A stretch of DNA of 64,000 nucleotides from the human T2T-CHM13v2.0 reference genome, Homo sapiens. This document shows, piece by piece, positions 37,901 to 52,100 of this stretch. Within the stretch, counting starts at the first letter, position 1. Each line of letters begins with the position of its first letter. The DNA lies in the NCBI RefSeq assembly GCF_009914755.1, contig NC_060933.1. The stretch is one strand, 5' to 3'. The position numbers and the translations under genes were made by a program. A model generated the notes under the pieces. The model was not told where the DNA came from and did not search any database. It worked only from the letters and a program-made list of their open reading frames with translations.

Positions 37901-40189
37901 AATGGAATTAACCCGAATACAATGCAATGGAATGGAATGGAATGGAATGGAGTGGAATGGAATGGAATCAACCCGAGTGCAGGGGAATGGAATGCAATGG
38001 AATGCAATGGAATGGAATCATCCGGAATGGAATGGAATGGAATGGAATGCAAAGCAATGGAATCAACTCGATTGCAATGGAATGGAATGGAATGGAAAGG
38101 AATACATTGGAATCAACCCGAGTGGAATGGAATGGAAAGGACTGGAATGGAGTGGAATGGAATGGAATGCAATGGAATGGAATGGAATGGAATCAACTTG
38201 ATTGTAATGGAATGGAATGGAAAGGAATGGAATGGAATGGAATGGAATGGAATCAACCCGACTGCAGGGGAATGGAATGGAATGGAATGCAATGGAATGG
38301 ATTCAACTTGAATGGAATGGAAAGAAAGGAATCAACACGAGTGGAATGGCATGGATTGGAATGGAATGGAATGGAATCAACCCGAGTACAGGGGAATGGA
38401 ATGGAATGGAATGCATTGGAATGGAATCATCCGTAATGGAATGGAATGGAATGGAATGGAATCAACTCGATTGCAATCGAATGGAATGGAATGGAATTAA
38501 CCCAAATAGAATGGAATGGAATGGAATGGAACGGAACGGAATGGAATGGAATGGAATGGAATGGAGTGGACCGGAACGGAACGGAACGGAATGGAATGGA
38601 ATGGAATGGAATGGAATGGAATCAACGCGAGTGCAGGGGAATGGAATGGAATGGAATACAATGGAATTGAATCTTCCGGAATGGAATGGAATGGAATGGA
38701 ATGGAATCAACCCGAGTGCAATGGAATGGAGTGGAATGGAATGGAATGGAATGGAACAACCCGAATGGAATGGAATGTAATGGAGAGTAAGGGAGTTGAA
38801 TAGAATCAATCCGAATGTAATGGAATGGAATGGAACGGAATGGAATAGAATGGAATGGAATGGAATGCAATGGAATGGAATCAACCCGAGTTCAATGAAA
38901 TGGAGAGGAATGGAATGGAATGGAATGGAAACTACCCGAATGGAATGGAATGTAATGGAGTGTAAGGGAATTGAAAGGAATCAATCCGAAAGTAATGGAA
39001 TGGAATGGAATGGAATGGAATGGAATGGAATGGAATGGAATGGAATGCAATGGAATGGAATCAACCCGAGTGCAATCGAATGGAATCGAATGGAATGGAA
39101 TGCAATGGAATGGATTCAACTTGAATGGAATGGAAAGAATGGAATCAACACGAGTGGAATGACATGGATTGGAATGGAATGGAATGGAATCAACCCGAGT
39201 ACAGGGGAATGGAATGGAATGGAATCAACTCGATTGCAATCGAATGGAATGGAATGGAATTAACCCGAATAGAATGGAATGCAATGGAATGCAACGGAAC
39301 GGAATGGAATGGAATGGAATGGAATGGAACGGAAAGGAAGGGAATGGAATGGAATAGAATGGAATGGAATGGAATCAACGCGAGTGCAGGGGAATGGAAT
39401 GGAATGGAATGCAATGGAATGGAATCTTCCGGAATGGAATGGAATGGAATGGAATGGAATGGAATGGAATGGAATGGAATCAACCCGAGTGCAATGGAAT
39501 GGAGTGGAATGGAATGGAATGGAATGGAACAACCCGAATGGAATGGAATGGAATGGAGAGTAAGGGAGTTGAATAGAATCAATCCGAATGTAATGGAATG
39601 GAATGGAACGGAATGAAATTGAATGGAATGGAATGGAATGCAATGGAATGGAATCAACCCGAGTGCAATGGAATGGAGAGGAATGGAATGGAATGGAATG
39701 GAAACTACCCGAATGGAATGGAATATAATGGAGTGTAAGGGAATTGAATAGAATCAATCCGAATGTAATGGAATGGAATGGAACGGAATGGAATGGAATG
39801 GAATGGAATGGAATGGAATGGAATGCAATGGAATGGAATCAACCCGAGTGCAATCGAATGGAATCGAATGGAATGGAATGCAATGGAATGGAATCAACTT
39901 GAATGGAATGGAAAGAATGGAATCAACACGAGTGGAATGGCATGGATTGGAATGGAATGGAATGGAATCAACGCGAGTACAGGGGAATGGAATGGAATGG
40001 AATGCAATGGAATGGAATCATCCGTAATGGAATGGAAAGGAATGGAATGGAATGGAATGGAATGGAATGGAATGGAATGGAATCAACTCGATTGCAATCG
40101 AATGGAATGGAATGGAATTAACCCGAATAGAATGGAATGGAATGGAATGGAACGGAACGGAATGGAATGGAATGGAATGGAACGGAACG

Positions 40190-43100
40190 GAATGGAATGG
40201 AATGCAATGGAATGGATTCAACTTGAATGGAATGGAAAGAATGGAATCAACACGAGTGGAATGGCATGGCTTGGAATGGAATGGAATGGAATCAACCCGA
40301 GTACAGGGGAATGGAATGGAATGGAATGCAATGGAATGGAATCATCCGTAATGGAATGGAAAGGAATGGAATGGAATGGAATGGAATGGAATGGAATGGA
40401 ATGGAATGGAATGGAATCAACTCGATTGCAATCGAATGGAATGGAATTGAATTAACCCGAATAGAATGGAATGGAATGGAATGGAACGGAACGGAATGGA
40501 ATGGAATGGAATGGAATGGAATGGAATGGAACGGAACGGAATGGAATGGAATGGAATGGAATGGAATGGAATGGAATGGAATCAACGCGAGTGCACGGGA
40601 ATGGAATGGAATGGAATGCAATGGAATGGAATCTTCCGGAATGGAATGGAATGGAATGGAATGGAATGAAATGCAATGGATTCAACTCGATTGCAATGGA
40701 ATGGAATAGAATGGAATGGAATGGAATGGAATGGAAGTAATTCGAATAGAATGGAATGGAATGGAATGGAACGGAATGGAACAGAATGGAATGGAATGGA
40801 ATGGAATGGAATGGTATGGAATGGAATGGAATGGTACGGAATAGAATGGAATGGAACGAATTGTAATGGAATGGAATTGAATGGAATGGAATGGATTCAA
40901 CGCGAGTGCAGGGGAATGTAATGGAACGGAATGCAATGGAATGGAATCATCCGGAATGGAATGGAATGGAATGGAATGGAATGGAATCAACCCGAGTGCA
41001 ATGGAATGGAGTGGAATGGAATGGAATGGAATGGAACAACCCGAATGGAATGGAATGTAATGGAGAGTAAGGGAGTTGAATAGAATCAATCCGAATGTAA
41101 TGGAATGCAATGCAACGGAATGGAATGGAATGGAATGGAATGGAATGCAATGGAATTGAATCAACCCGAGTACAATGGAATGGAATGGAATGGAATGGAA
41201 TGGAATGGAATGGAATGGAATGGAATGATACGGAATAGAATGGAATGGAACGAAATGGAATGGAATGGAATGGAATGGAATGGAATGGAATGGAATGGAA
41301 TGGAATGGAATCGTTCCGAGTGGAATAGGAGGGAATGTATTCGAGTGGAATGGAAAGGAATGGAATCAACCAGAGTGGAATGGAAGGGAATGGAATGGAA
41401 TGGAAACTAATAGAATGGAATCAACCCGAGAGGAATGGAATGGAAAGGACTGGAATGGATTGGAATCAACACGATTTTAATGGAATGGAATGGAATGGAA
41501 TGGAATGGAATGGAATGGAATGGAATGGAATTAACCCGAATACAATGCAATGGAATGGAATGGAAAGGAATGGAGTGGAATGGAATGGAATCAACCCGAG
41601 TGCAGGGGAATGGAATGGAATGGAATGCAATGGAATGGAATCATCCGGAATGGAATGGAATGGAATGGAATGCAACGCCATGGAATCAACTCGATTGCAA
41701 TTGAATGGAATGGAATGGAAAGGAATACATTGGAATCAACCCGAGTGGAATGGAATGGAAAGGACTGGAATGGAGTGGAATGGAATGGAATGGAATGGAA
41801 TGGAATGGAATCAACTCGATTGGAATGGAATGGAATGGATTGGAATGGAATGGAATTAACCCGAATAGAATGGAATGGAATGGAATGGAACGGAACGGAA
41901 CGGAATGGAATGGAATGGAATGGAATGGAATGGAATGGAATGGAAACAACCCGACTGCAGGGGAATGGAATGGAATGGAATGCAATGGAATGGATTCAAC
42001 TTGAATGGAATGGAAAGAATGGAATCAACACGAGTGGAATGGCATGGATTGGAATGGAATGGAATGGAATCAACCCGAGTACAGAGGAATGGAATGGAAT
42101 GGAATGCAATGGAATGGAATCATCCGTAATGGAATGGAAAGGAATGGAATGGAATGGAATGGAATGGAATGGAATGGAATCAACTCGATTGCAATCGAAT
42201 GGAATGGAATGGAATTAACCCGAGTGCAATGGAATGGAGTGGAATGGAATGGAATGGAATGGAACAACCCGAATGGAATGGAATGGAATGGAGTGTAAGG
42301 GAGTTGAATAGAATCAATCCGAATGTAATGGAATGGAATGGAACGGAATGGAATTGAATGGAATGGAATGGAATGCAATGGAATGGAATCAACCCGAGTT
42401 AAATGGAATGGAGAGGAATGGAATGGAATGGAATGCAAACTACCCGAATGGAATGGAATGTAATGGAGTGTAAGGGAATTGAATAGAATCAATCCGAATG
42501 TAATGGAATGGAATGGAACGGAATGGAATGGAATGGAATGGAATGTTATGGAATGGAATGGAATGCAATGGAATGGAATCAACCCGAGTGGAATCGAATG
42601 GAATCGAATGGAATGGAATGCAATGGAATGGATTCAAATTGAATGGAATGGAAAGAATAGAATCAACACGAGTGGAATGGCATGGCTTGGAATGGAATGG
42701 AATGGAATCAACCCTAGTACAGGGGAATGGAATGGAATGGAATGCAATGGAATGGAATCATCCGTAATGGAATGGAAAGGAATGGAATGGAATGGAATGG
42801 AATGGAATGGAATGGAATGGAATCAACTCGATTGCAATCGAATGGAATGGAATTGAATTAACCCGAATAGAATGGAATGGAATGGAATGGAACGGAACGG
42901 AATGGAATGGAATGGAATGGAATGGAATGGAATGGAATGGAACGGAACGGAATGGAATGGAATGGAATGGAATGGAATGGAATCAACGCGAGTGCAGGGG
43001 AATGGAATGGAATGGAATGCAATGGAATGGAATCTTCCGGAATGGAATGGAATGGAATGGAATGGAATGAAATGCAATGGATTCAACTCGATTGCAGTGG

Positions 43101-46100
43101 AATGGAATAGAATGGAATGGAATGGAATGGAATGGAATTAATTCGAACAGAATGGAATGGAATGGAATGGAACGGAATGGAACGGAATGGAATGGAATGG
43201 AATGGAATGGAATGGTATGGAATGGAATGGAATGGTACGGAATAGAATGGAATGGAACGAATTGTAATGGAATGGAATGGAATGGTATGGAATGGAATGG
43301 AATGGTACGGAATAGAATGGAATGGAACGAATTGTAATGGAATGGAATTGAATGGAATGGAATGGATTCAACGCGAGTGCAGGGGAATGTAATGGAACGG
43401 AAGGCAATGGAATGGAATCATCCGGAATGGAATGGAATGGAATGGAATGGAATGGAATCAACCCGAGTGCAATGGAATGGAGTGGAATGGAATGGAATGG
43501 AATGGAACAACCCGAATGGAATGGAATGTAATGGAGAGTAAGGGAGTTGAATAGAATCAATCCGAATGTAATGGAATGCAATGCAACGGAATGGAATGGA
43601 ATGGAATGGAATGAAATGGAATGGAATGATACGGAATAGAATGGAATGGAACGAAATGGAATGGAATGGAATGGAATGGAATGGAATGGAATGGAATGGA
43701 ATGGAATGGAATGGAATCGTTCCGAGTGGAATAGGAGGGAATGTATTTGAGTGGAATGGAAAGGAATGGAATCAGCCAGAGTGGAATGGAAGGGAATGGA
43801 ATGGAATGGAAACTAATAGATTGGAATCAACCCGAGAGGAATGGAATGGAAAGGACTGGAATGGATTGGAATCAACTCGATTTTAATGGAATGGAATGGA
43901 ATGGAATGGAATGGAATGGAATGGATTTAACTCGAATACAATGCAATGGAATGGAATGGAACGGAATGGAGTGGAATGGAATGGAATCAACCCGAGTGCA
44001 GGGGAATGGAATGGAATGGAATGCAATGGAATGGAATCATCCGGAATGGAATGGGATGGAATGGAATGCAACGCCGTGGAATCAACTCGATTGCAATTGA
44101 ATGGAATGGAATGGAAAGGAATACATTGGAATCAACCCGAGTGGAATGGAATGGAAAGGACTGGAATGGAGTGGAATGGAATGGAATGGAATGGAATGGA
44201 ATGGAATCAACTCGATTGGAATGGAATGGAATGGAATGGAATGGAATGGAATTAACCCGAATAGAATGGAATGGAATGGAATGGAACGGAATGGAACGGA
44301 ACGGAATGGAATGGAATGGAATGGAGTGGAATGGAATGGAATGGAAACAACCCGACTGCAGGGGAATGGAATGGAATGGAATGCAATGGAATGTATTCAA
44401 CTTGAGTGGAATGGAAAGAATGGAATCAACACGAGTGGAATGGCATGGATTGGAATGGAATGGAATGGAATCAACCCGAGTACAGAGGAATGGAATGGAA
44501 TGGAATGCAATGGAATGGAGTCATCCGTAATGGAATGGAAAGGAATGGAATGGAATGGAATGGAATGGAATGGAATGGAATGGAATGGAATGGAATCAAC
44601 TCGATTGCAATCGAATGGAATGGAATGGAATTAACCCGAGTGCAATGGAATGGAGTGGAATGGAATGGAATGGAATGGAACAACCCGAATGGAATGGAAT
44701 GTAATGGAGTGTAAGGGAGTTGAATAGAATCAATCCGAATGTAATGGAATGGAATGGAACGGAATGGAATTGAATGGAATGGAATGGAATGCAATGGAAT
44801 GGAATCAACCCGAGTTAAATGGAATGGAGAGGAATGGAATGGAATGGAATGCAAACTACCCGAATGGAATGGAATGTAATGGAGTGTAAGGGAATTGAAT
44901 AGAATCAATCCGAATGTAATGGAATGGAATGGAACGGAATGGAATGGAATGGAATGGAATGGAATGGAATGGAATGGAATGCAATGGAATGGAATCAACC
45001 CGAGTGCAATCGAATGGAATCGAATGGAATGGAATGCAATGGAATGGATTCAACTTGAATGGAATGGAAAGAATGGAATCAACACGAGTGGAATGGCAAG
45101 GATTGGAATGGAATGGAATGGAATCAACCCGAGTACAGGGGAATGGAATGGAATGGAATGCAATTGAATGGAATCATCCGTAATGGAATGGAAAGGAATG
45201 GAATGGAATGGAATGGAATGGAATGGAATGGAATGGAATGGAATGGAATCAACTCGATTGCAATCGAATGGAATGGAATGGAATTAACCCGAATAGAATG
45301 GAATGGAATGGAATGGAACGGAACGGAATGGAATGGAATGGAATGGAATGGAATGGAACGGAAAGGAAGGGAATGGAATGGAATAGAATGGAATGGAATG
45401 GAATCAACGCGAGTGCAATGGAATGGAGTGGAATGGAATGGAATGGAATGGAACAACCCGTATGGAATGGAATGTAATGGAGAGTAAGGGAGTTGAATAG
45501 AATCAATCCGAATGTAATGGAATGGAATGGAACGGAATGGAATTGAATGGAATGGAATGGAATGCAATGGAATGGAATCAACCCGAGTGCAATGGAATGG
45601 AGAGGAATGGAATGGAATGGAATGGAAACTACCCGAATGGAATGGAATGTAATGGAGTGTAAGGGAATTGAATAGAATCAATCCGAATGTAATGGAATGG
45701 AATGGAACGGAATGGAATGGAATGGAATGGAATGGAATGGAATGCAATGGATTCAACTCGATTGCAATGGAATGGAATAGAATGGAATGGAATGGAATGG
45801 AATGGAATTAATCCGAATAGAATGGAATGGAATGGAATGGAACGGAATGGAACGGAATGGAACGGAATGGAATGGAATGGAATGGTATGGAATGGAATGG
45901 AATGTTACGGAATAGAATGGAATGGAACGAATTGTAATGGAATGGAATTGAATGGAATGGAATGGAATGGAATGGAATCAACGGGAGTGCAGGGGAATGT
46001 AATGGAACGGAATGCAATGGAATGGAATCATCCGGAATGGAATGGAATGGAATGGAATGGAATGGAATGGAATGGAATGGAATCACCCCGACTGCAATGG

Positions 46101-49100
46101 AATGGAGTGGAATGGAATGGATTGGAATGGAACAACCCGAATGGAGTGGAATGTAATGGAGAGTAAGGGAGTTGAATAGAATCAATCCGAATGTAATGGA
46201 ATGGAATGCAACGGAATGGAATGGAATGGAATGGAATGGAATGCAATGGAATTGAATCAACCCGAGTACAATGGAATGGAATGGAATGGAATGGAATGGA
46301 ATGGAATGATACGGAATAGAATGGAATGGAACGAAATGGAATGGAATGGAATGGAATGGAATGGAATCGTTCCGAGTGGAATAGGAGGGAATGTATTCGA
46401 GTGGAATGGAAAGGAATGGTATCAACCAGAGTGGAATGGAAGGGAATGGAATGGAATGGAAACTAATAGAATGGAATCAACCCGAGTGGAACGGAATGGA
46501 AAGGACTGGAATGGAATGGAATGGAATGGAATCAACTCGATTGTAATGGAATGGAATGGAATGGAATGTAATGGAATGGAATGGAATAGAATTAACCCGA
46601 ATACAATGGAATGGAATGGAATGGAACGGAATGGAGTGGAATGGAATGGAATCAACCCGAGTGCAGGGGAATGGAATGGAATGGAATGCAATGGAATGGA
46701 ATCATCCGGAATGGAATGGAATGGAATGGAATGCAAAGCAATGGAATCAACTCGATTCCAATGGAATGGAATGGAATGGAAAGGAATACATTGGAATCAA
46801 CCCGAGTGGAATGGAATGGAAAGGACTGGAATGGAGTAGAATGGAATGGAATGGAATGGAATGGAATGGAATCAACTCGATTGGAATGGAATGGAATGGA
46901 ATGGAATAGAATTAACCCGAATAGAATGGAATGGAATGGAATGGAACGGAATGGAATGGAATGGAATGGAATGGAATGGAATGGAATGGAATGGAATGGA
47001 ATCAACCCGACTGCAGGGGAATGGAATGGAATGGAATGCAATGGAATGGATTCAACTTGAATGGAATGGAAAGAATGGAATCAACACGAGTGGAATGGCA
47101 TGGATTGGAATGGAATGGAATGGAATCAACCCGAGTACAGGTGAATAGAATGGAATGGAATGCAATGGAATGGAATCATCCGTAATGGAATGGAAAGGAA
47201 TGGAATGGAATGGAATAGAATGGAATGGAATCAACTCGATTGCAATCGAATGGAATGGAATGGAATTAACCCGAATAGAATGGAATGGAATGGAATGGAA
47301 TGGAACGGAACGGAATGGAATGGATTGGAATGGAATGGAATGGAATCAACGCGAGTGCAGGGGAATGGAATGGAATGGAATGCAATGGAATGGAGTCTTC
47401 CGGAATGGAATGGAATGGAATGGAATGGAATGGAATGGAATGGAATGGAATAAACCCGAGTGCAATGGAATGGAGTGGAATGGAATGGAATGGAATGGAA
47501 CAACCCGAATGGAATGGAATGTAATGGAGAGTAAGGGAGTTGAATTGAATCAATCCGAATGTAATGGAATGGAATGGAACGGAATGGAATTGAATGGAAT
47601 GGAATGGAATGCAATGGAATGGAATCAACCCGAGTGCAATGGAATGGAGAGGAATGGAATGGAATGGAAACTACCCGAATGGAATGGAATGTAATGGAGT
47701 GTAAGGGAATTGAATAGAATCAATCCGAATGTAATGGAATGGAATGGAACGGAATGGAATCGAATGGAATGGAATGGAATGGAATGGAATGCAATGGAAT
47801 GGAATCAACCCGAGTGCAATCGAATGGAATCGAATGGAATGGCATGCAATGGAATGGATTCAACTTGAATGGAATGGAAAGAATGGAATCAACACGAGTG
47901 GAATGGCATGGATTGGAATGGAATGGAATGGAATCAACCCGAGTACAGGGGAATGGAATGGAATGAAATGCAATGGAATGGAATCATCCGTAATGCAATG
48001 GAAAGGAATGGAATGGAATGGAATAGAATGGAATGGAATGAAATCAACTCGATTGCAATCGAATGGAATGGAATGGAATTAACCCGAATAGAATGGAATG
48101 GAATGGAATGGAACGGAACGGAATGGAATGGAATGGAATGGAATGGAATGGAATGGAATGGAACGGAACGGAATGGATGGAATCGAATGGAATGGAATGG
48201 AATGGAATGGAATTAACGCGAGTGCAGGGGAATGGAATGGAATGGAATGCAATGGAATGGAATCTTCCGGAATGGAATGGAATGGAATGGAATGGAATGA
48301 AATGCAATTGATTAAACTCGATTGCAATGGAATGGAATAGAATGGAATGGAATGGAATGCAATGGAATGGAATTAACCCGAATAGAATGGAATGCAATGG
48401 AATGGTATTAACCCGAATAGAATGGAATGGAATGGAATGGAAAGGAATGGAACGGAATGGAATGGAATGGAATGGTATGGAATGGAATGGAATGGTACGG
48501 AATAGAATGGAATGGAAGGAATTGTAATGGAATGCAATTGAATGGAATGGAATGGAATGGAATGGAATCAACGCCAGTGCAGGGGAATGTAATGGAACGG
48601 AATGCAATGGAATGGATTCATCCGGAATGGAATTGAATGGAATGGAATGGAATGGAATCAACCCGAGTGCAATGGAATGGAGTGGAATGGAATGGAATGG
48701 AATGGAATGGAACAACCCAAATGGAATGGAATGTAATGGAGAGTAAGGGAGATGAATAGAATCAATCCGAATGTAATGGAATGGAATGGAATGGAATGGA
48801 ATGGAATAGAATGGAATGGAATGCAATGGAATGGAATCAACCCGAGTACAATCGAATGGAATGGAATGGAATGGAATGGAATGCCTTCAAACCGAATGGA
48901 ATGGAAAGGAATGGAATCAACACGAGTGGAATGGAATGGAATGGAATGGAATGGAATGGAATGGAATGGAATGGAATGATACGGAATAGAATGGAATGGA
49001 ACGAAATTGAATGGAATGGAATGGAATGGAATGGAATGGAATGGAATGGAATGGAATGGAATGGAATCTTTCCGAGTGGAATATGAGGGTATGTATTCGA

Positions 49101-52100
49101 GTGGAATGGAAAGGAATGGAATCAACCAGAGTGGAATGGAAGGGAATGGAATGGAATGGAAACTAATAGAATGGAATCAACCCGAGTGGAATGGAAAGGA
49201 AAAGACTGGAATGGAAAGGAATGGAATGGAATGGAATGGAATGGAATGGAATCAACGCGAGTGCAGGGGAATGGAATGGAATCGAATGGAATGGAATGGA
49301 ATGGAATGGAATCAACCCGAGTGCAGGGGAATGTAATGGAACGGAATGCAATGGAATGGAACCATCCGGAATGGAATGGAAAGGAATGGAATGGAATCAA
49401 CCGGAGTGCAATGGAATGGATTGGAATGGAATGGAATGGAATGGAACAACCCGAATGGAATGGAATGTAATGGAGAGGTAGGGAGTTGAAAAGAATCAAT
49501 CCGAATGTAATGGAATGGAGTGGAACGGAATGGAATGGAATGGAATGGAATGGAATGGAATGGAATGGAATGGAATGCAATGCAATGGAATCAACCCGAG
49601 TACAATGGAATGGAATGGAATGGAATGGAATGGAATGGAATGGAATGGAATGGAATACAATGGAATGGAATCTTCCGGAATGGAATGGAATGGAATGGAA
49701 TGGAATGCAATGGATTCAACTCGATTGCAATGGAATGTAATAGAATGGAATGGAATGGAATGGAATGGAATTAAACCGAATAGAATGGAATGGAATGGAA
49801 TGGAACGGAACGGAACGGAACGGAACGGAACGGAGTGGAATGGAATGGAATGGAATTGTATGGAATGGAATGGAATGGTACGGAATAGAATGGAATGGAA
49901 AGAATTGGAATGGAATGGAATCGAATGGAATGGAATGGAATGGAATGGAATCAACCCGAGTGCAGGGGAATGTAATGGAACGGAATGCAATGGAATGGAA
50001 TCATCCGGAATGGAATGGAATGGAATGGAATGGAATGGAATGGAATGGAATGGAATCAACCCGAGCGCAATGGAATGGAGTGGAATGGAATGGAATGGAA
50101 TGGAACAACGCGAATGGAATGGAATGTAATGCAGTGTAAGGGAATAGAATAGAATCAATCCGAATGTAATGGAATGGAATGGAACGGAATGGAATGGAAT
50201 GGAATGGAATGGAATGGAACAACCCGAATGGAATGGAATGTAATGGAGAGTTAGGGAGTTCAATAGAATCAATCCGAATATAATGGAATGGAATGGAATG
50301 GAATGGAATGGAATGGAATGGAATGGAATGCAATGGAATGGAATCAACCCGAGTACAATGGAACGGAATGTAATGTAATGGAATGGAATGGAATGGAATG
50401 GAATGGAATGGAATGGAATCAACCCGAGTGCAATGGAATGGAGAGGAATGGAATGGAATTGAATGGAAACTACCCGAATGGAATGGAATGTAATGGAGTG
50501 TAAGGGAATTGAATAGAATCAATCCGAATGGAATGGAATGGAATGGAAAGGAATGTAATGGAATGGAATGGAATGGAATCAACCCGAGTGCAGGGGAATG
50601 GAATGGAAAGGAATGCAATGGAATGGAATCATCCGGAATGAAATGGAATGGAATGCAATGGAATGGAATGGAATGGAATCAACCCGAGTGCAATGGAATG
50701 GAGTGAAATGGAATGGAATGGAATGGAAACGACCAGAATGGATTGGAATATAATGGAGTGTAAGGGAACTGAATAGAATCAATCTGAATGTAATGAAATG
50801 GAATGGAACGGAATGGAATGGATTGGAATGGAATGGAATGGAATGGAATACAATGCAATGGAATCAACCCGAGTGCAATCGAATGGAATCGAATGGAATG
50901 GAATGCAATGGAATGGATTCAACTTGAATGGAATGGAAAGAATGGAATCAACACGAGTGGAATGGCATGGATTGGAATGGAATGGAATGGGAACACCCCG
51001 AGTACAGGGGAATGGAATGGAATGGAATGCAATGGAATGGAATCATCCGTAATGGAATGGAAAGGAATGGAATGGAACGGAATGGAATGGAATGGAATGG
51101 AATGGAATAAACTCAATTGCAATCGAATGGAATGGAATGGAATTAACCCGAATAGAATGGAATGGAATGGAATGGAAAGGAACGGAATGGAATGGAATGG
51201 AATGGAAAGGAACGGAATGGAATGGAATGGAATGGAATGGAACGGAACGGAATGGAATGGAATGGAATGGAATGGAATTAAATGGAATCAACGCGAGTGC
51301 AGGGGAATGGAATGGAATGGAATGCAATGGAACGGAATCTTCCGGAATGGAATGGAATTGAATGGAATGAAATGCAATGGATTCAACTCGATTGCAATGG
51401 AATGGAATAGAAAGGAATGGAATGGAATGGAATGGAATGGAATGGAATGGAATGGAATTAACCCGAATAGAATGGAATGGAATGGAATGGAACGGAATGG
51501 AACGGAATGGAATGGAATGGAATGGAATGGAATGGAATGGTTTGCAATGGAATGGAATGGTACGGAATAGAATGGAATGGAACGAATTGTAATGGAATGG
51601 AATTGAACGGAATGGAATGGAATGGAATGGAATCAACGCGAGTGCAGGGGAATGTAATGGAACGGAATGCAATGGAATGGAATCATCCGGAATGGAATGG
51701 AATGGAATGGAATGGAATGGAATCAATCCGAGTGCAATGGAATGGAGTGGAATGGAATGGAATGGAATGGAACAACCCGAATGGAATGGAATGTAATGGA
51801 GAGTAAGGGAGTTGAGTAGAATCAATCCGAATGTAATGGAATGGAATGCAACGGAATGGAATGGAATGGAATGGAATGGAATGGAATGCAAAGGAATGGA
51901 ATCAACCCGAGTGGAATGGCATGGAATGGAATGCAATGGATTGGAATGGAATGGAATCAACTCGAGTGGAAAGGAATGGAATGGAATGGAAAGGAATGGA
52001 ATGAAGTCAACTCGAGTGGAATGGAATGGAATGGAATGGATTGGAATGGATTGCAATGGAATGGAATGGAATGGAATCAATCATGGAAGGGAATGTAATG

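Larger units (their letters stand above)
18966..40204 (+). repeat. ~21.2 kb tandem duplication, copy 1
   Basis: Rare markers recur at +21205 to +21280: GGAAGTAATTCG 19503/40733, GGTACC 31009/52289, GGATCC 35507/56727, GGACCGG ~38568/~59778. ORF pairs 20310/41550, 24442/45702, 29523/50803, 33128/54348 and 39903/61108 agree. Confidence 0.96.
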
